50,465 nucleotides of DNA, from positions 1 through 50,465 of IMG/VR virus record IMGVR_UViG_3300024429_000003, one strand, 5' to 3'. The notes under the pieces were generated by a model. It was not told the origin of the DNA and made no database searches. It saw only the letters and a program-made list of their open reading frames with translations. A program made the position numbers and the translations under genes. This DNA is from a virus (Duplodnaviria > Caudoviricetes). Shown here piece after piece: positions 17,360 through 26,951 of this stretch (positions within the stretch are counted from its first letter, which is position 1; every line of letters starts with the position of its first letter).

Positions 17360-17418
17360 TTATTCCCGCCTTTCGGCTGTTATTGGTTATCATTCATCCT
17401 TCCCGCCTTGGTTATTGG

Positions 17419-17712
17419 TTAATTAGGAAAAAGTATTTCAAGAACAGCTAAATATACTTTTTCTGTATTAAGCCGCATTTTGTATGACCACCAGAAGATC
17501 TCAACACTTTTCACTACATCCTTTTCTATTTCCTGGAGTGTAGAAAAAGTGTTGATTATTTTTTCATTTTTATTGACAGCGATAGCAGGATTATTTCCAA
17601 CAACAATATCTCTTGCTATTCTTTTTGCTATTCTTTTTTCCTCTTTTTTAATAATTTCCTTATTAGTTATTTCCTCTTTTTCTGAAAATCCTATTAATTT
17701 TTCCATCCTCAA
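17419..17712 (-). CDS. Small hypothetical protein
   Basis: Preceded by the repeat. Confidence 0.65.
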   Translation of the reverse strand: MRMEKLIGFSEKEEITNKEIIKKEEKRIAKRIARDIVVGNNPAIAVNKNEKIINTFSTLQEIEKDVVKSVEIFWWSYKMRLNTEKVYLAVLEILFPN

Positions 17713-17752
17713 AATCTCCTCTTGCGGCGGAATCGCTCCCGCTGGTTAGCTG

Positions 17753-18112
17753 TTAATTATTTTTCTTTATATAATCCAATTCTTCTCTCACAAAATTATT
17801 CATCTCTTTTTCAAGAGTGCCTCTTTCCGGGAACTCTTCATCCGTTTCCACCGCTATCCATTTATCATCGAATGAATTTATGTTATCCACACACACAGAA
17901 AACATAATTCTGGTAGTTTTTAAAGCCGTAAAAATTTTTTTTATATTCAAGGCCCGGATTAATTTCGGACGATTTTCTTTGGGTATCGTCCAAAGAAGAT
18001 CTAGGTTTACAATAAAAACTATACAGGCGTCAACGCCTTGATAATAGTCCCTAACAACCTGTGCTCGATCAACGGCGAGCCCTATCTTGTGTTGTTCGTC
18101 TACGCATCTCAT
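17753..18112 (-). CDS. Hypothetical protein
   Basis: Preceded by the repeat. Confidence 0.65.
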   Translation of the reverse strand: MRCVDEQHKIGLAVDRAQVVRDYYQGVDACIVFIVNLDLLWTIPKENRPKLIRALNIKKIFTALKTTRIMFSVCVDNINSFDDKWIAVETDEEFPERGTLEKEMNNFVREELDYIKKNN

Positions 18113-18190
18113 CTCTCAAATCTCCTCTTGCGGCGAGATCGCTCCCGCCTTGCGTTTCCCCGTCCAGCCGATAGGTCAGCTATTGATGGG

Positions 18191-18424
18191 TTATACTCTT
18201 TTCCCGTTAAGATAACGAAAAACATTATCTTTTCCACCAAGATTGAAGGATTTTTCCCTTCCAACCTCCAGAATATAATATTCCCCTTGAGTATAATATT
18301 GATCTGATTCAATGGCATGTCGAAAAACGTATACTCTTGCTCCGGTTTTTTTTAGCTTCTCGGTTGCTGATTGTCGCCTTGCTTTGTCCATTGCGTTTTT
18401 TCTGATCATTCCCTGCATTGGCAT
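18191..18424 (-). CDS. Hypothetical protein
   Basis: Preceded by the repeat. Confidence 0.6.
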   Translation of the reverse strand: MPMQGMIRKNAMDKARRQSATEKLKKTGARVYVFRHAIESDQYYTQGEYYILEVGREKSFNLGGKDNVFRYLNGKRV

Positions 18425-18461
18425 AATTCATTATTCCTTCCCACCTTGCGGCTGTTATTGG

Positions 18462-18677
18462 TTATCTTACAGTGATACCATGACTCTGCGCATAATCCAC
18501 AGCTTCATAATATCGATTGAATTTTTTCGGCGTTATTTCACATCCGTTAATATCACATAATATCCGAGGTAACGGACCTACATAAGTATATTGTCCATCG
18601 TATCCTCTAATTACTTGAGGGGTATCCCAAAGGACTTTTGGCTCTTCGTTCTGAACTTCATCATTTTTTATAAGCAT
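18462..18677 (-). CDS. Hypothetical protein
   Basis: Overlaps the upstream gene; stop codon is part of the TAACCAATAAC repeat. Confidence 0.6.
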   Translation of the reverse strand: MLIKNDEVQNEEPKVLWDTPQVIRGYDGQYTYVGPLPRILCDINGCEITPKKFNRYYEAVDYAQSHGITVR

Positions 18678-18987
18678 GATATTCTCCCCAGTAATAATGA
18701 TTAATTGTGTCTAGTGTGCCATAATAATGTCCTCTATGGATTACACCATAAGCCTTAATTCCCCATATTTGCCCATCCGCATCAACCATATATTTCCCTG
18801 ATGTTCCCACATCTACTTTTACGTATTTCTTGCCTGGTTTGATCTTTACTTTGCATTCCTCAATATTGCCTTGGCAATTCCATCCTGCACGCTTTAGTCT
18901 GTCTAATTGATCATTTTCCAATACCGTGGCAAAATTTTGAAGTTTGCCCGCTAACCGCTCAAATATTTTCAATACGTCCTTAATCAT
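18661..18987 (-). CDS. Phage hypothetical protein (KKYVKVD...GKYMV...GIKAYG)
   Basis: GGAGG RBS before ATG 18987; first gene after the sigma54 promoter. Confidence 0.7.
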   Translation of the reverse strand: MIKDVLKIFERLAGKLQNFATVLENDQLDRLKRAGWNCQGNIEECKVKIKPGKKYVKVDVGTSGKYMVDADGQIWGIKAYGVIHRGHYYGTLDTINHYYWGEYHAYKK

Positions 18988-19042
18988 TACATTACCTCCA
19001 ATACGGTTAATGTTATGTTGCCAAATTACATTATTATCTAAT

Positions 19043-19058
19043 AGCAAGTTATATGCCA
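19043..19058 (-). promoter_or_regulatory. Sigma54 (RpoN) -24/-12 promoter
   Basis: TGGCATATAACTTGCT versus consensus TGGCAC-N5-TTGCW; IHF-like TAACAACCACTTA at 19068..19080. Confidence 0.75.
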
Positions 19059-19289
19059 TATCAATAATAACAACCACTTAGCATATCCGATGCGGAGCTA
19101 GGTCTGGGTTTTTGTAACGGAATTGAGACGTCTTATATATATAAGGATTAGAAAACCTAGGCTTATGAACTGGTCGAATGCAATTTAGTCGTGGTTATTT
19201 ACGCAATTATCAATAATGAAATTACAGGTCTCTATGGACGCTGTTTGTGAGACTTATGGATAATTATCGTAAGGTTATGGATATTTTAC

Positions 19290-19319
19290 TTGACAAATGA
19301 CTATAGATGTGACTACAGT
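19290..19319 (+). promoter_or_regulatory. Putative sigma70 promoter of the packaging/late operon
   Basis: TTGACA-18 nt-TACAGT, with a TATAAT at 19323. Confidence 0.5.
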
Positions 19320-19346
19320 TATTATAATTATAGGGTATTGGTGTTT

Positions 19347-19787
19347 ATGACTGAGAGACAGAAAAGATTTGTTGATAATTATATTGATTCCGGCAATGGA
19401 GCGGAGGCAGCACGAAACGCCGGGTATGCTGAGGGTAACGCTCGGCAGCAAGCTAACGAGAACATTACAAAACCCGACATAAAGGCCGCTATAGCAGACA
19501 GGATGGACTCTGCCGGGATTACTGAAGCTAAGTTATTGAAAGTATTAGAGGAAGGTTTAGCCGCTACTAGAACGCATCTGGACAAGGATGGTGGCATAGA
19601 AGAAACCGACGATTTTTTAACCCGCCATAAGTATCTTGAGACAGGTCTCAAGCTTCGTGATGCCTTCCCTGCTGAAAAGAAGAAATTAGAGCATGATTTT
19701 ATTACGCCCGAGGCTGAGAAAGCCGCTACAGAGAGGGTTAATAAGCTATTTGTCAAAAAACAGACTGAAGCTAACACAAAAGGATAA
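19347..19787 (+). CDS. terS: Terminase small subunit
   Basis: MTERQKRFVDNYIDSGNGAEAARNAGY HTH pattern; upstream of TerL. Confidence 0.9.
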   Translation: MTERQKRFVDNYIDSGNGAEAARNAGYAEGNARQQANENITKPDIKAAIADRMDSAGITEAKLLKVLEEGLAATRTHLDKDGGIEETDDFLTRHKYLETGLKLRDAFPAEKKKLEHDFITPEAEKAATERVNKLFVKKQTEANTKG

Positions 19788-19788
19788 T

Positions 19789-21681
19789 ATGAAACTAATA
19801 GCATTATCATTTATATTGTTATTTATCGTTATTTTTTGTCGTTCTATTTCTATATCCCAAGCATATCAAGAGAGTCTGGCTACCGAGAAGGCTATAATCA
19901 AGTTTGATCCTCTAACGTTGGTCGAGGAGGGATATCTCAGAATTAAGATCAAGGACATAAAACCGGGTGATGAGGAAAAAGGGACATTCATCCCGCTCAT
20001 TCCTAACCGTCCGCAGCGTCGATTTCTTCAGTTGTTCCGAAAACTTCAAAAAACCAATCAACCAATCCGTATAGTCATTCTCAAAGCTCGTCAATGGGGA
20101 GGCACTACCATTGTTGATGCTATTATGTATGCTCTCACAGCCTATCAATCCAATATCAACAGTATGATTATTGCTGATGAGAAAAAAGGAGCGACATATA
20201 TTCTTGGTATGGCACAGAATTTTCAGAAATCCGTCGAGGATGACTATCCCCATCTTGCGATATCAACAGTTCATAATAATAAGCTTGAATTGGCTTTTCG
20301 TGATACTCGATCGGTGATATTCATTGAATCTTCTGAGAATAAGGATGCCGGCCAGAAGTACACGCTTCATTATTTGCACTGCTCAGAGGTCTCTAAGTTC
20401 CATTATACCGATGAGCTCTTCGGCGGACTCCTACCCGCAGTCTCGAAAGCTCCGGGATCGATTATTGTGATGGAGTCCACAGCTAACGGAATCGGAGACT
20501 ATTTTCATTCATTATGTATGCAGGCCGAAGAGAATAGCGAACGGTTCAAGGATGGCGATTACTCAAGCTATAGGGGGGAGTGGTTGCTATTTTTTGTACC
20601 GTTCATGGAACATGAAGAATATAGCAAGCCATTTGAGAATCAGGAGCAGCGCCAATCGTTAATCAATTCCCTTGACGATGAAGAGCAGGCATTGTTAAAA
20701 CTGCAATATTCGACTATCGACGGTCCAAGATACACGTCTCTCAAGAACCTCAATTATCGTCGATGGGTATTAGAGAACGACTATAAGCGAGACATTGATA
20801 GGCTTCATGAGATGATGCCGACCACAGTCGATGAGGCATTTCTGGCTAGTGGACGTATGGCCTTTGATCCTAAACGCTGCAAAGAGATATACAATTATAC
20901 CCTCACCCAATCTTATAAGATCGGCATCCTTGAACCACAGAAAGACAATTCCAAGTTAATTAATTTCTTCGAGCAGCGAAACGGAGAATGGAAAATATGG
21001 GAGTTCCCACCCACTGAGCGCAACCCAATACATCCTGTTGACTATGTGCTGACTGTCGATCCACCGGGGCAGAAAGAGATTGAAGGGAATGTGGACGGCA
21101 AGAAGGGTGATTATGGCACAATAGGTATCTTTAGACGTAGACAGCCGGGAGAGCTGAAAGACTTCCCACAGGTAAGGCTTGAGCAGGTAGCTGAGTTCAG
21201 ATCACGTATGGCGCCTGATTTACTGGCTGATGAAGCCTATCATGGGGCCTTAGCTTATGGTATTAAGATGGTATTTCCAGAGGCTAATAGTTATGGATTG
21301 ACGACCATCGATCATCTGAAGCATAGGATAGGCATATATGTTCGTGAAACATACGACGAAAAGGCTAAGAAAGTTAGCAAAAAGCTCGGCTGGTATACCG
21401 GGCCAGGCATATCGGGCACAAAAAAGCTGATGATCACTGAGCTTGCCGCAGCTATAAGAGAACGAACAATTTTCGTAAGGTCTACGGTAATGGCAAACGA
21501 ACTTAAGACCTATATAGTAGCCGCAGACGGCACAACCAACGCTCAAGAAGGCTGTTTCGATGATACGGTTATTGAGGCTGCATTGGCAATACAGGCCGAT
21601 TTGAGGACACCGAGAAAGTCAGCATATAGCCAGGTGATACAGGTAAGTACAGAGAGAGGAGAGGATAAATGTGATTGTTAA
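19789..21681 (+). CDS. terL: Terminase large subunit with a hydrophobic N-terminal leader
   Basis: ILKARQWGGTT Walker A, LHCSE Walker B, ESTANG, nuclease VDP...EAN...CFDD. Confidence 0.93.
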   Translation: MKLIALSFILLFIVIFCRSISISQAYQESLATEKAIIKFDPLTLVEEGYLRIKIKDIKPGDEEKGTFIPLIPNRPQRRFLQLFRKLQKTNQPIRIVILKARQWGGTTIVDAIMYALTAYQSNINSMIIADEKKGATYILGMAQNFQKSVEDDYPHLAISTVHNNKLELAFRDTRSVIFIESSENKDAGQKYTLHYLHCSEVSKFHYTDELFGGLLPAVSKAPGSIIVMESTANGIGDYFHSLCMQAEENSERFKDGDYSSYRGEWLLFFVPFMEHEEYSKPFENQEQRQSLINSLDDEEQALLKLQYSTIDGPRYTSLKNLNYRRWVLENDYKRDIDRLHEMMPTTVDEAFLASGRMAFDPKRCKEIYNYTLTQSYKIGILEPQKDNSKLINFFEQRNGEWKIWEFPPTERNPIHPVDYVLTVDPPGQKEIEGNVDGKKGDYGTIGIFRRRQPGELKDFPQVRLEQVAEFRSRMAPDLLADEAYHGALAYGIKMVFPEANSYGLTTIDHLKHRIGIYVRETYDEKAKKVSKKLGWYTGPGISGTKKLMITELAAAIRERTIFVRSTVMANELKTYIVAADGTTNAQEGCFDDTVIEAALAIQADLRTPRKSAYSQVIQVSTERGEDKCDC

Positions 21682-21923
21682 AAGGATATTCGGATAAAAT
21701 GATCGAATGTAAGCAAGTGATAGACGTTATCTGTGATGTTTGTGGAGCAAAAAAGCAGATCTCTACTCATATTTGTTATGGTGACGATCAGCCAAAAATA
21801 AAAGAAATGATAAAGGCCGAAAATTGGCGGATTATAGAGTTTGATAATATTGCTACAGTGGTATGTTCAGAGCATAAAACAGAATATTATAGTGGTTATA
21901 TGATCGATGAGAAGAAACTATAA
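21675..21923 (+). CDS. Hypothetical Zn-binding protein
   Basis: CDVC...CSEH. Confidence 0.55.
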   Translation: MLKGYSDKMIECKQVIDVICDVCGAKKQISTHICYGDDQPKIKEMIKAENWRIIEFDNIATVVCSEHKTEYYSGYMIDEKKL

Positions 21924-24245
21924 ATGAAACGCCAAAAGCATTTAAACATAGAAAATCAAATCATCCTTAATCGCATCATCAACGATCAGGCAAAAGATGA
22001 GCAAGATTCTGGCACATACCGAGCCAATCGTTTGAAGTGGGACGAACAGAATGAAGCTTTAGAAAAAAAAACTTCAGAGAGAAAATTCAATACAAAAGGC
22101 ACTGAAACCAACTCATCAGGTGATATATTAATCAGTCGGGTATTATCTATTATTCAAAAACCTGTCTCTTTTATGCCGACTGAAAAGAACGACGCAGAGA
22201 AAGCTGAGAAGAATGAGGAATTCTATCGGTATTACGTCAATGATTACCTGGATGGATTCCATAATTTCATCGTTGAATATATCACTACCATTAAGGATTA
22301 TGGCTTTGGAATAGCTCAGATTAATTGGGAAAGGAGAGAAACTAAAGATATAGATATACGTCCATATCCTGTTGAAATAATGATTGACGAACAAGGCCAA
22401 GAACAGTTAGTCAGCCAGGAGACAGGCGAATATATAACACAAGAGACGATAGTTCGGGAAATATTCTCATCTGATAAATATCGGATTCAAGAGCCTACAG
22501 GCAAAATAAAAGAAATCGGTGAAGACCGTCTTGAGATAATCTATGAACAGCATATTGATAACCCTACCGATCCGAATAAGCAGTGGGACATAAAGGTATG
22601 CATAATAGATTTCAGTGTAGATGAGAGTAACGGCATATTAATTGCTAAGGTAGAAATGCCGCAAGTCGAGTATGATGGAGTAGTAATTGATAATCTCAAC
22701 TATGATCGTGTCTTCCATCCTGCCGACGCCAAAGACCTGCAACGCTGTGATCATGTGATAGTCGAGTTTGAGACAACCATATCTGAATTGATTGCCGGCA
22801 ATGAAAAAGGCGAATATCATATTTCTCCTGAAGATATGGACATCATTAAAAAGAATACCGATCATCAGAAAAAGTATACTTATTCTTCTGTAGAGCAGAA
22901 GGAAAAAACCGTTGAAGGCACTGAAGAGTCAATGCACCCTGAAAATTATAAGCCTGTAACCTGCTTAACCGGGTATTATTTGTTTGATGTGGAGGGTAAT
23001 GGTAAACTTGAACAGTGCATATTTACTATAGTTTCTAAATGTAGAGTAGTGATAGAGAAAAGGTATTTATCAGATAAGTACCGGCATGGTAAGCGTCCCA
23101 TAACTTGTGGTAAGTGGTTGCCAAGAAAATATCGGCTGTTCGGTATTGGCTTACCTGAGAAAATGCGTTCTCTTCAGTTATTGATAGACGATCTAAGGAA
23201 TCAGATATTAGAGACAGCCGCATATATGGCCAACCCACCCGGTTGGTATGACCCGGTAGGCGGCACAAACGAAAAAATTACTACAAAGATAGGGCAATAT
23301 CTTCCCTACCCTGGTGGTAGTGGTAATCCGCCTGTGACCATACCGATTAATGCGGATCTCAGGGCTCTGTTTGAGATGTTGAAACATTATATGGAGCAAT
23401 TTCAGAAACAATCTATGGTTTCTGAGCCACTGCAGGGGCAGCAAGGAGGGTTGAAGACGGCTACGGCATTCATGAAGGCATTAAGCGAGAATTATCAGAA
23501 TCTTTCTATTATTTTTAAGAATGTTCTTGATGCAATAAAGCAAGTTCATAAGATGATTTGGATGAATATAGTCGCTTATATGCCTGACGATATGGAATAT
23601 CGGACAAAGGGTAGCACAGAAGTGCAGACATTTTCCAGACGAGACATAATCAAGAATCCGGATATAAATATTGATGTGACTGCCGAAGAACTTTCTAAAG
23701 AGTATATGCAAACGGCGATCACGGAGGTATTTATGAACTTGGCCAATAATCCGTTAATGATCCAGGCCGGCATAGTGCAACCGAGGAATATGTATGAGAT
23801 GGCTAAAGACTATGCTGAGTCATTCAGTAAGGGAGCCAAAGATTATTTAACTGAACCTCCGCAACCTGAACCTCCGCACGATCCGGAAGAAGAGAATTAT
23901 CTTATGGTGCAAGGGGAAGAGGTTGTTCCTTCGCCTTTGGATGATGATGCACAGCATATACAGATACATCAGGTATTTCCGGTGAATAATGCGCAACAGA
24001 TACAACCTGAAGTCTTCGCTCAAGTAGTAATGAGAATACAGGCGCATAATAATTTGCACATACAAGCGCAGCAAGCTAAATTGCAGCAACAGTTAATGAT
24101 GGCACAGATGGCAGGGCAGCAAGGGGGCAAAGGAGCGGGACAAGGCGGGCAGTCTCAAAATCAGGGGGGGCCGGCCATGGTGTCACCGCAAGGTAATATG
24201 ACAGGCCTTAATATGCAGATGCCGGGGATGGGGGAGATAGGGTGA
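21924..24245 (+). CDS. Portal protein (P22-like)
   Basis: Follows TerL; 773 aa; DYGFGI, LFGIGL, KTATA, DDDAQHIQIH and Q-rich tail. Confidence 0.88.
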   Translation: MKRQKHLNIENQIILNRIINDQAKDEQDSGTYRANRLKWDEQNEALEKKTSERKFNTKGTETNSSGDILISRVLSIIQKPVSFMPTEKNDAEKAEKNEEFYRYYVNDYLDGFHNFIVEYITTIKDYGFGIAQINWERRETKDIDIRPYPVEIMIDEQGQEQLVSQETGEYITQETIVREIFSSDKYRIQEPTGKIKEIGEDRLEIIYEQHIDNPTDPNKQWDIKVCIIDFSVDESNGILIAKVEMPQVEYDGVVIDNLNYDRVFHPADAKDLQRCDHVIVEFETTISELIAGNEKGEYHISPEDMDIIKKNTDHQKKYTYSSVEQKEKTVEGTEESMHPENYKPVTCLTGYYLFDVEGNGKLEQCIFTIVSKCRVVIEKRYLSDKYRHGKRPITCGKWLPRKYRLFGIGLPEKMRSLQLLIDDLRNQILETAAYMANPPGWYDPVGGTNEKITTKIGQYLPYPGGSGNPPVTIPINADLRALFEMLKHYMEQFQKQSMVSEPLQGQQGGLKTATAFMKALSENYQNLSIIFKNVLDAIKQVHKMIWMNIVAYMPDDMEYRTKGSTEVQTFSRRDIIKNPDINIDVTAEELSKEYMQTAITEVFMNLANNPLMIQAGIVQPRNMYEMAKDYAESFSKGAKDYLTEPPQPEPPHDPEEENYLMVQGEEVVPSPLDDDAQHIQIHQVFPVNNAQQIQPEVFAQVVMRIQAHNNLHIQAQQAKLQQQLMMAQMAGQQGGKGAGQGGQSQNQGGPAMVSPQGNMTGLNMQMPGMGEIG

Positions 24246-24496
24246 ATATATTAATGGATATTGTAGTTGTAATTATATCTCTTATTGTTATTGTTGTGTC
24301 AATATTTCAGCGAAAATATAAACCTACAGTATTGATTAAATATAAAAACGGTAAAAAGGAAGTATTAAAAGGTCCTATATTAACAGAAAAAGAGATGTTT
24401 AAATGGATTGATAATATGGACGAGAAATTGTTTAAAAATAAAGAAGTTGCAAGTACGAGTTATGAATATGGGTATGTGAAGTGTGAGACATCATAA
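24242..24496 (+). CDS. Small protein with an N-terminal transmembrane helix
   Basis: IVVVIISLIVIVVSIF. Confidence 0.6.
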   Translation: MNILMDIVVVIISLIVIVVSIFQRKYKPTVLIKYKNGKKEVLKGPILTEKEMFKWIDNMDEKLFKNKEVASTSYEYGYVKCETS

Positions 24497-24666
24497 TGGT
24501 AGAATTAATCTGTGAAGGGTGTAAAGGTAATTTAGATATATGCACTAATTTAATGCTATATATAAGTAATCATCATTTGGTGATTAGGTGTCCTATGTGT
24601 AAATGGGAAACAAGAATTACGGTTAATGAGCATGGATTTGTTACGAAGGTGAAGGATTGTGAGTAA
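24496..24666 (+). CDS. Small Zn-ribbon protein (56 aa)
   Basis: Hand translation CEGC...CPMC; TAATG coupling. Confidence 0.6.
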   Translation: MVELICEGCKGNLDICTNLMLYISNHHLVIRCPMCKWETRITVNEHGFVTKVKDCE

Positions 24667-24898
24667 ATCGGTATTTTTTCTTGATGGTCCAGAAAAAAAT
24701 AAATTAATGTCTCTTCCCTATGAGAAAGGGAGTATATCATTTTATAAATATGAAGGACATGGAAAGAATTTTTTAAAAAATCCACCATTATTAAAAGAAC
24801 CACCTCAGCCCAAAGAGTATAAATATGTTATTTCTAAGATAGCTGAAGGATATCCAAGAGGGTATGGATTAGATTTATATGGAGCTAGATTATCATGA
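24659..24898 (+). CDS. Hypothetical protein
   Basis: Coupled ORF; FLDGP motif. Confidence 0.55.
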   Translation: MSKSVFFLDGPEKNKLMSLPYEKGSISFYKYEGHGKNFLKNPPLLKEPPQPKEYKYVISKIAEGYPRGYGLDLYGARLS

Positions 24899-25197
24899 CC
24901 AAACCCCAAAAACATAGCGCCTTACCATACAAGAAGCATAGCAAGCGCTGGAAGCGGAAGAGAGAGGCTTATTTGTGGGCACAAAGCAGGACAGAATATT
25001 TAACTTATGAGTTTATAGAAACTACGACTAAAAAAATAAGAAAGAAGGTTTTTCGTGATAAAGGTTTTCAAATATGCAGGAAAGTATTGGCCGTAGTAAA
25101 TTTTGCAAGACAGTTAGTAATGTATCAACAAGGGTCAAGAGTAAGGGAATTAGAGGTTTTTTGTAATTGGAAAGGTTTTCAGGGGATAATTGTATGA
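24895..25197 (+). CDS. Basic hypothetical protein
   Basis: ATGA overlap. Confidence 0.6.
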   Translation: MTKPQKHSALPYKKHSKRWKRKREAYLWAQSRTEYLTYEFIETTTKKIRKKVFRDKGFQICRKVLAVVNFARQLVMYQQGSRVRELEVFCNWKGFQGIIV

Positions 25198-25427
25198 AAG
25201 AAGGCTGGATATGTCCAAGATGTAAGACGATACATGCGCCGTATATAGATAAATGTGATTGTTCGGCTGATTTGCCTATAGTTGAGGAAATAAAAATAAA
25301 ACCAAGTGTGCCACCACACCTGCCTTATATATGGCCAAATGAAATGGAAAGATATAGGATAATGCCTACACCTACACCTAAACCATATTATCCATCAGGT
25401 ATCCATCAGGTATGGGACCTTTTTTGA
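25194..25427 (+). CDS. Small protein with GWICPRC...C-D-C motif
   Basis: MKEGWICPRCKTIHAP; ATGA overlap. Confidence 0.65.
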   Translation: MKEGWICPRCKTIHAPYIDKCDCSADLPIVEEIKIKPSVPPHLPYIWPNEMERYRIMPTPTPKPYYPSGIHQVWDLF

Positions 25428-25455
25428 TATACGGAACAGGAGGACAGTATTTTAC

Positions 25456-25881
25456 ATGATTCCCTTATACTACACAAAGCTGCACAAATATAAATATAAG
25501 CTGGCTAAGCCATTCAAGTATAATACCGGCATAAAAGGCCGTAGAGCTACAACAGAATATATATTGCTGTTCCCTGACGGTGAGTTGACCATAAAAATTG
25601 GTTATAGGTGGGATGGGCCTAGTGGCCCCACTCCCGATACAAAAACGTTCATGCGAGGAGCATTAATTCATGATGCGTTGTATCAGCTAATCAGAATGTA
25701 TATATTACCTGTATCGTTCAGGAAAATATCAGACAGATTATTAAGGAGGGTATGTATACAAGATGGCATGAATAAAATAAGAGCATGGTGGGTGTATAAC
25801 GCTGTGAGGTTGGCAGGTAAGGGATCTGCCGAACCCGGTACACAGAAACCGGATAAAATTTATTGTATAGGAAAGGAATGA
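25456..25881 (+). CDS. DUF1353-like protein
   Basis: GYRWDGPS...GALIHDALYQ...DRLL...WVYNAVR. Confidence 0.8.
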   Translation: MIPLYYTKLHKYKYKLAKPFKYNTGIKGRRATTEYILLFPDGELTIKIGYRWDGPSGPTPDTKTFMRGALIHDALYQLIRMYILPVSFRKISDRLLRRVCIQDGMNKIRAWWVYNAVRLAGKGSAEPGTQKPDKIYCIGKE

Positions 25882-25882
25882 A

Positions 25883-26155
25883 ATGCAAGATCAGTGTGCG
25901 CCACCAAAAAACTTGTATGAAATAGAAAGAGAGGTAGATCAATTAAAAGGGAATATTGAACAAATGGTCGGTATGAGTGAGACGTTACGAGACAAGCTAT
26001 CTGTTGTTTTGCGATCTGACCCACTAGAACCTTCTGCGGATAAACTTTCCACGAATACTTGTACCCCTCTGGGAGCTAAACTCAGGACTTTAGCAAATCA
26101 GGTAAATAATATAACGGATATACAAGCGGATATATTAAACAGATTAGAACTTTAA
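25883..26155 (+). CDS. Hypothetical coiled-coil protein
   Basis: AGGA RBS; ends with RLEL. Confidence 0.65.
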   Translation: MQDQCAPPKNLYEIEREVDQLKGNIEQMVGMSETLRDKLSVVLRSDPLEPSADKLSTNTCTPLGAKLRTLANQVNNITDIQADILNRLEL

Positions 26156-26192
26156 AAGAATAACCATCATATAAGAAAGGATAATAAAAACA

Positions 26193-26951
26193 ATGAATAG
26201 CAATCTAAAAGCGTTAACCAAAGGCTTTATCATCACATTAACCGTATTTTTTACAGTGTGTGTATTATTGGTTTGTATGACCTACGCTCAAACCAAGGGT
26301 GTCATAGACTTTATGGTGCAGAAAGCATCTGAAACGGGTATTGAAGATTTAAGTGTTGATGCTGACTTCCAGGTGCATCGGGAAAATATAAAGATAGAAT
26401 TGGATTTTGAATTAAATAAGGTGCAGACAGCCGAGAAGCTTGACAAACTGGACGTTTATACCGGGATTCAATACAATATTCTATTAAGTAAGCAGGTATA
26501 TACTTATGCGGCTATGAAATATAAAACCAATACCGGCTATGAAATAAGGAGTTCTACTTCCTTCGGAATGGGTGGCGGGTATTTTCCTGGGTTACAAGAT
26601 CCAAACCAAGAGGATTTTTTAGACTATAATATTCAGGCCGGACTTTTTTTAAATACAAAATATTTTGATGATAATACCTATGAGCGCAATACCATTCTGA
26701 ATTTATCCGGAGGGATTATTTACCCGATCAATGATATTTTTTCAGCATACGGTGAGGCGGAGATCGACTTTAATATGAGAAGGGCTTTTTATGACTATGA
26801 GAGTATAGTTGATGCAGGTGTAAAGGCGAAATTAACTGAGGGTGAGAAAGTATCCTCAAACCTAAAGATATGTAACGTATGGCGGCATAATCATTTAGCT
26901 GATATAGAAGACCAGAAGGTTTACGGGATAAAGATAGGGCTTGAGTTTTGA
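26193..26951 (+). CDS. Outer-membrane beta-barrel protein (DUF481-like) with signal peptide
   Basis: Hydrophobic signal ending TYA, alternating amphipathic strands, C-terminal GIKIGLEF beta-signal. Confidence 0.72.
   Translation: MNSNLKALTKGFIITLTVFFTVCVLLVCMTYAQTKGVIDFMVQKASETGIEDLSVDADFQVHRENIKIELDFELNKVQTAEKLDKLDVYTGIQYNILLSKQVYTYAAMKYKTNTGYEIRSSTSFGMGGGYFPGLQDPNQEDFLDYNIQAGLFLNTKYFDDNTYERNTILNLSGGIIYPINDIFSAYGEAEIDFNMRRAFYDYESIVDAGVKAKLTEGEKVSSNLKICNVWRHNHLADIEDQKVYGIKIGLEF

Larger units (their letters stand above)
16869..18464 (-). repeat. Seven start-associated intergenic repeats (GCCGCAAGAGGAGAT x4; TAACCAATAAC...AAGGYGGGAA x3)
   Basis: Copies near 16869, 17114, 17363, 17400, 17714, 18120 and 18438. 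Confidence 0.88.

Noticed and set aside
16869-18464. attC sites in the leftward small-gene array
   Set aside because: Several units start with TAAC but have no matching GTT core or L boxes.
18988-19077. N-terminal 30 aa of the 138-aa ORF
   Set aside because: It overlaps the sigma54 promoter, and the GGAGG RBS supports ATG 18987.
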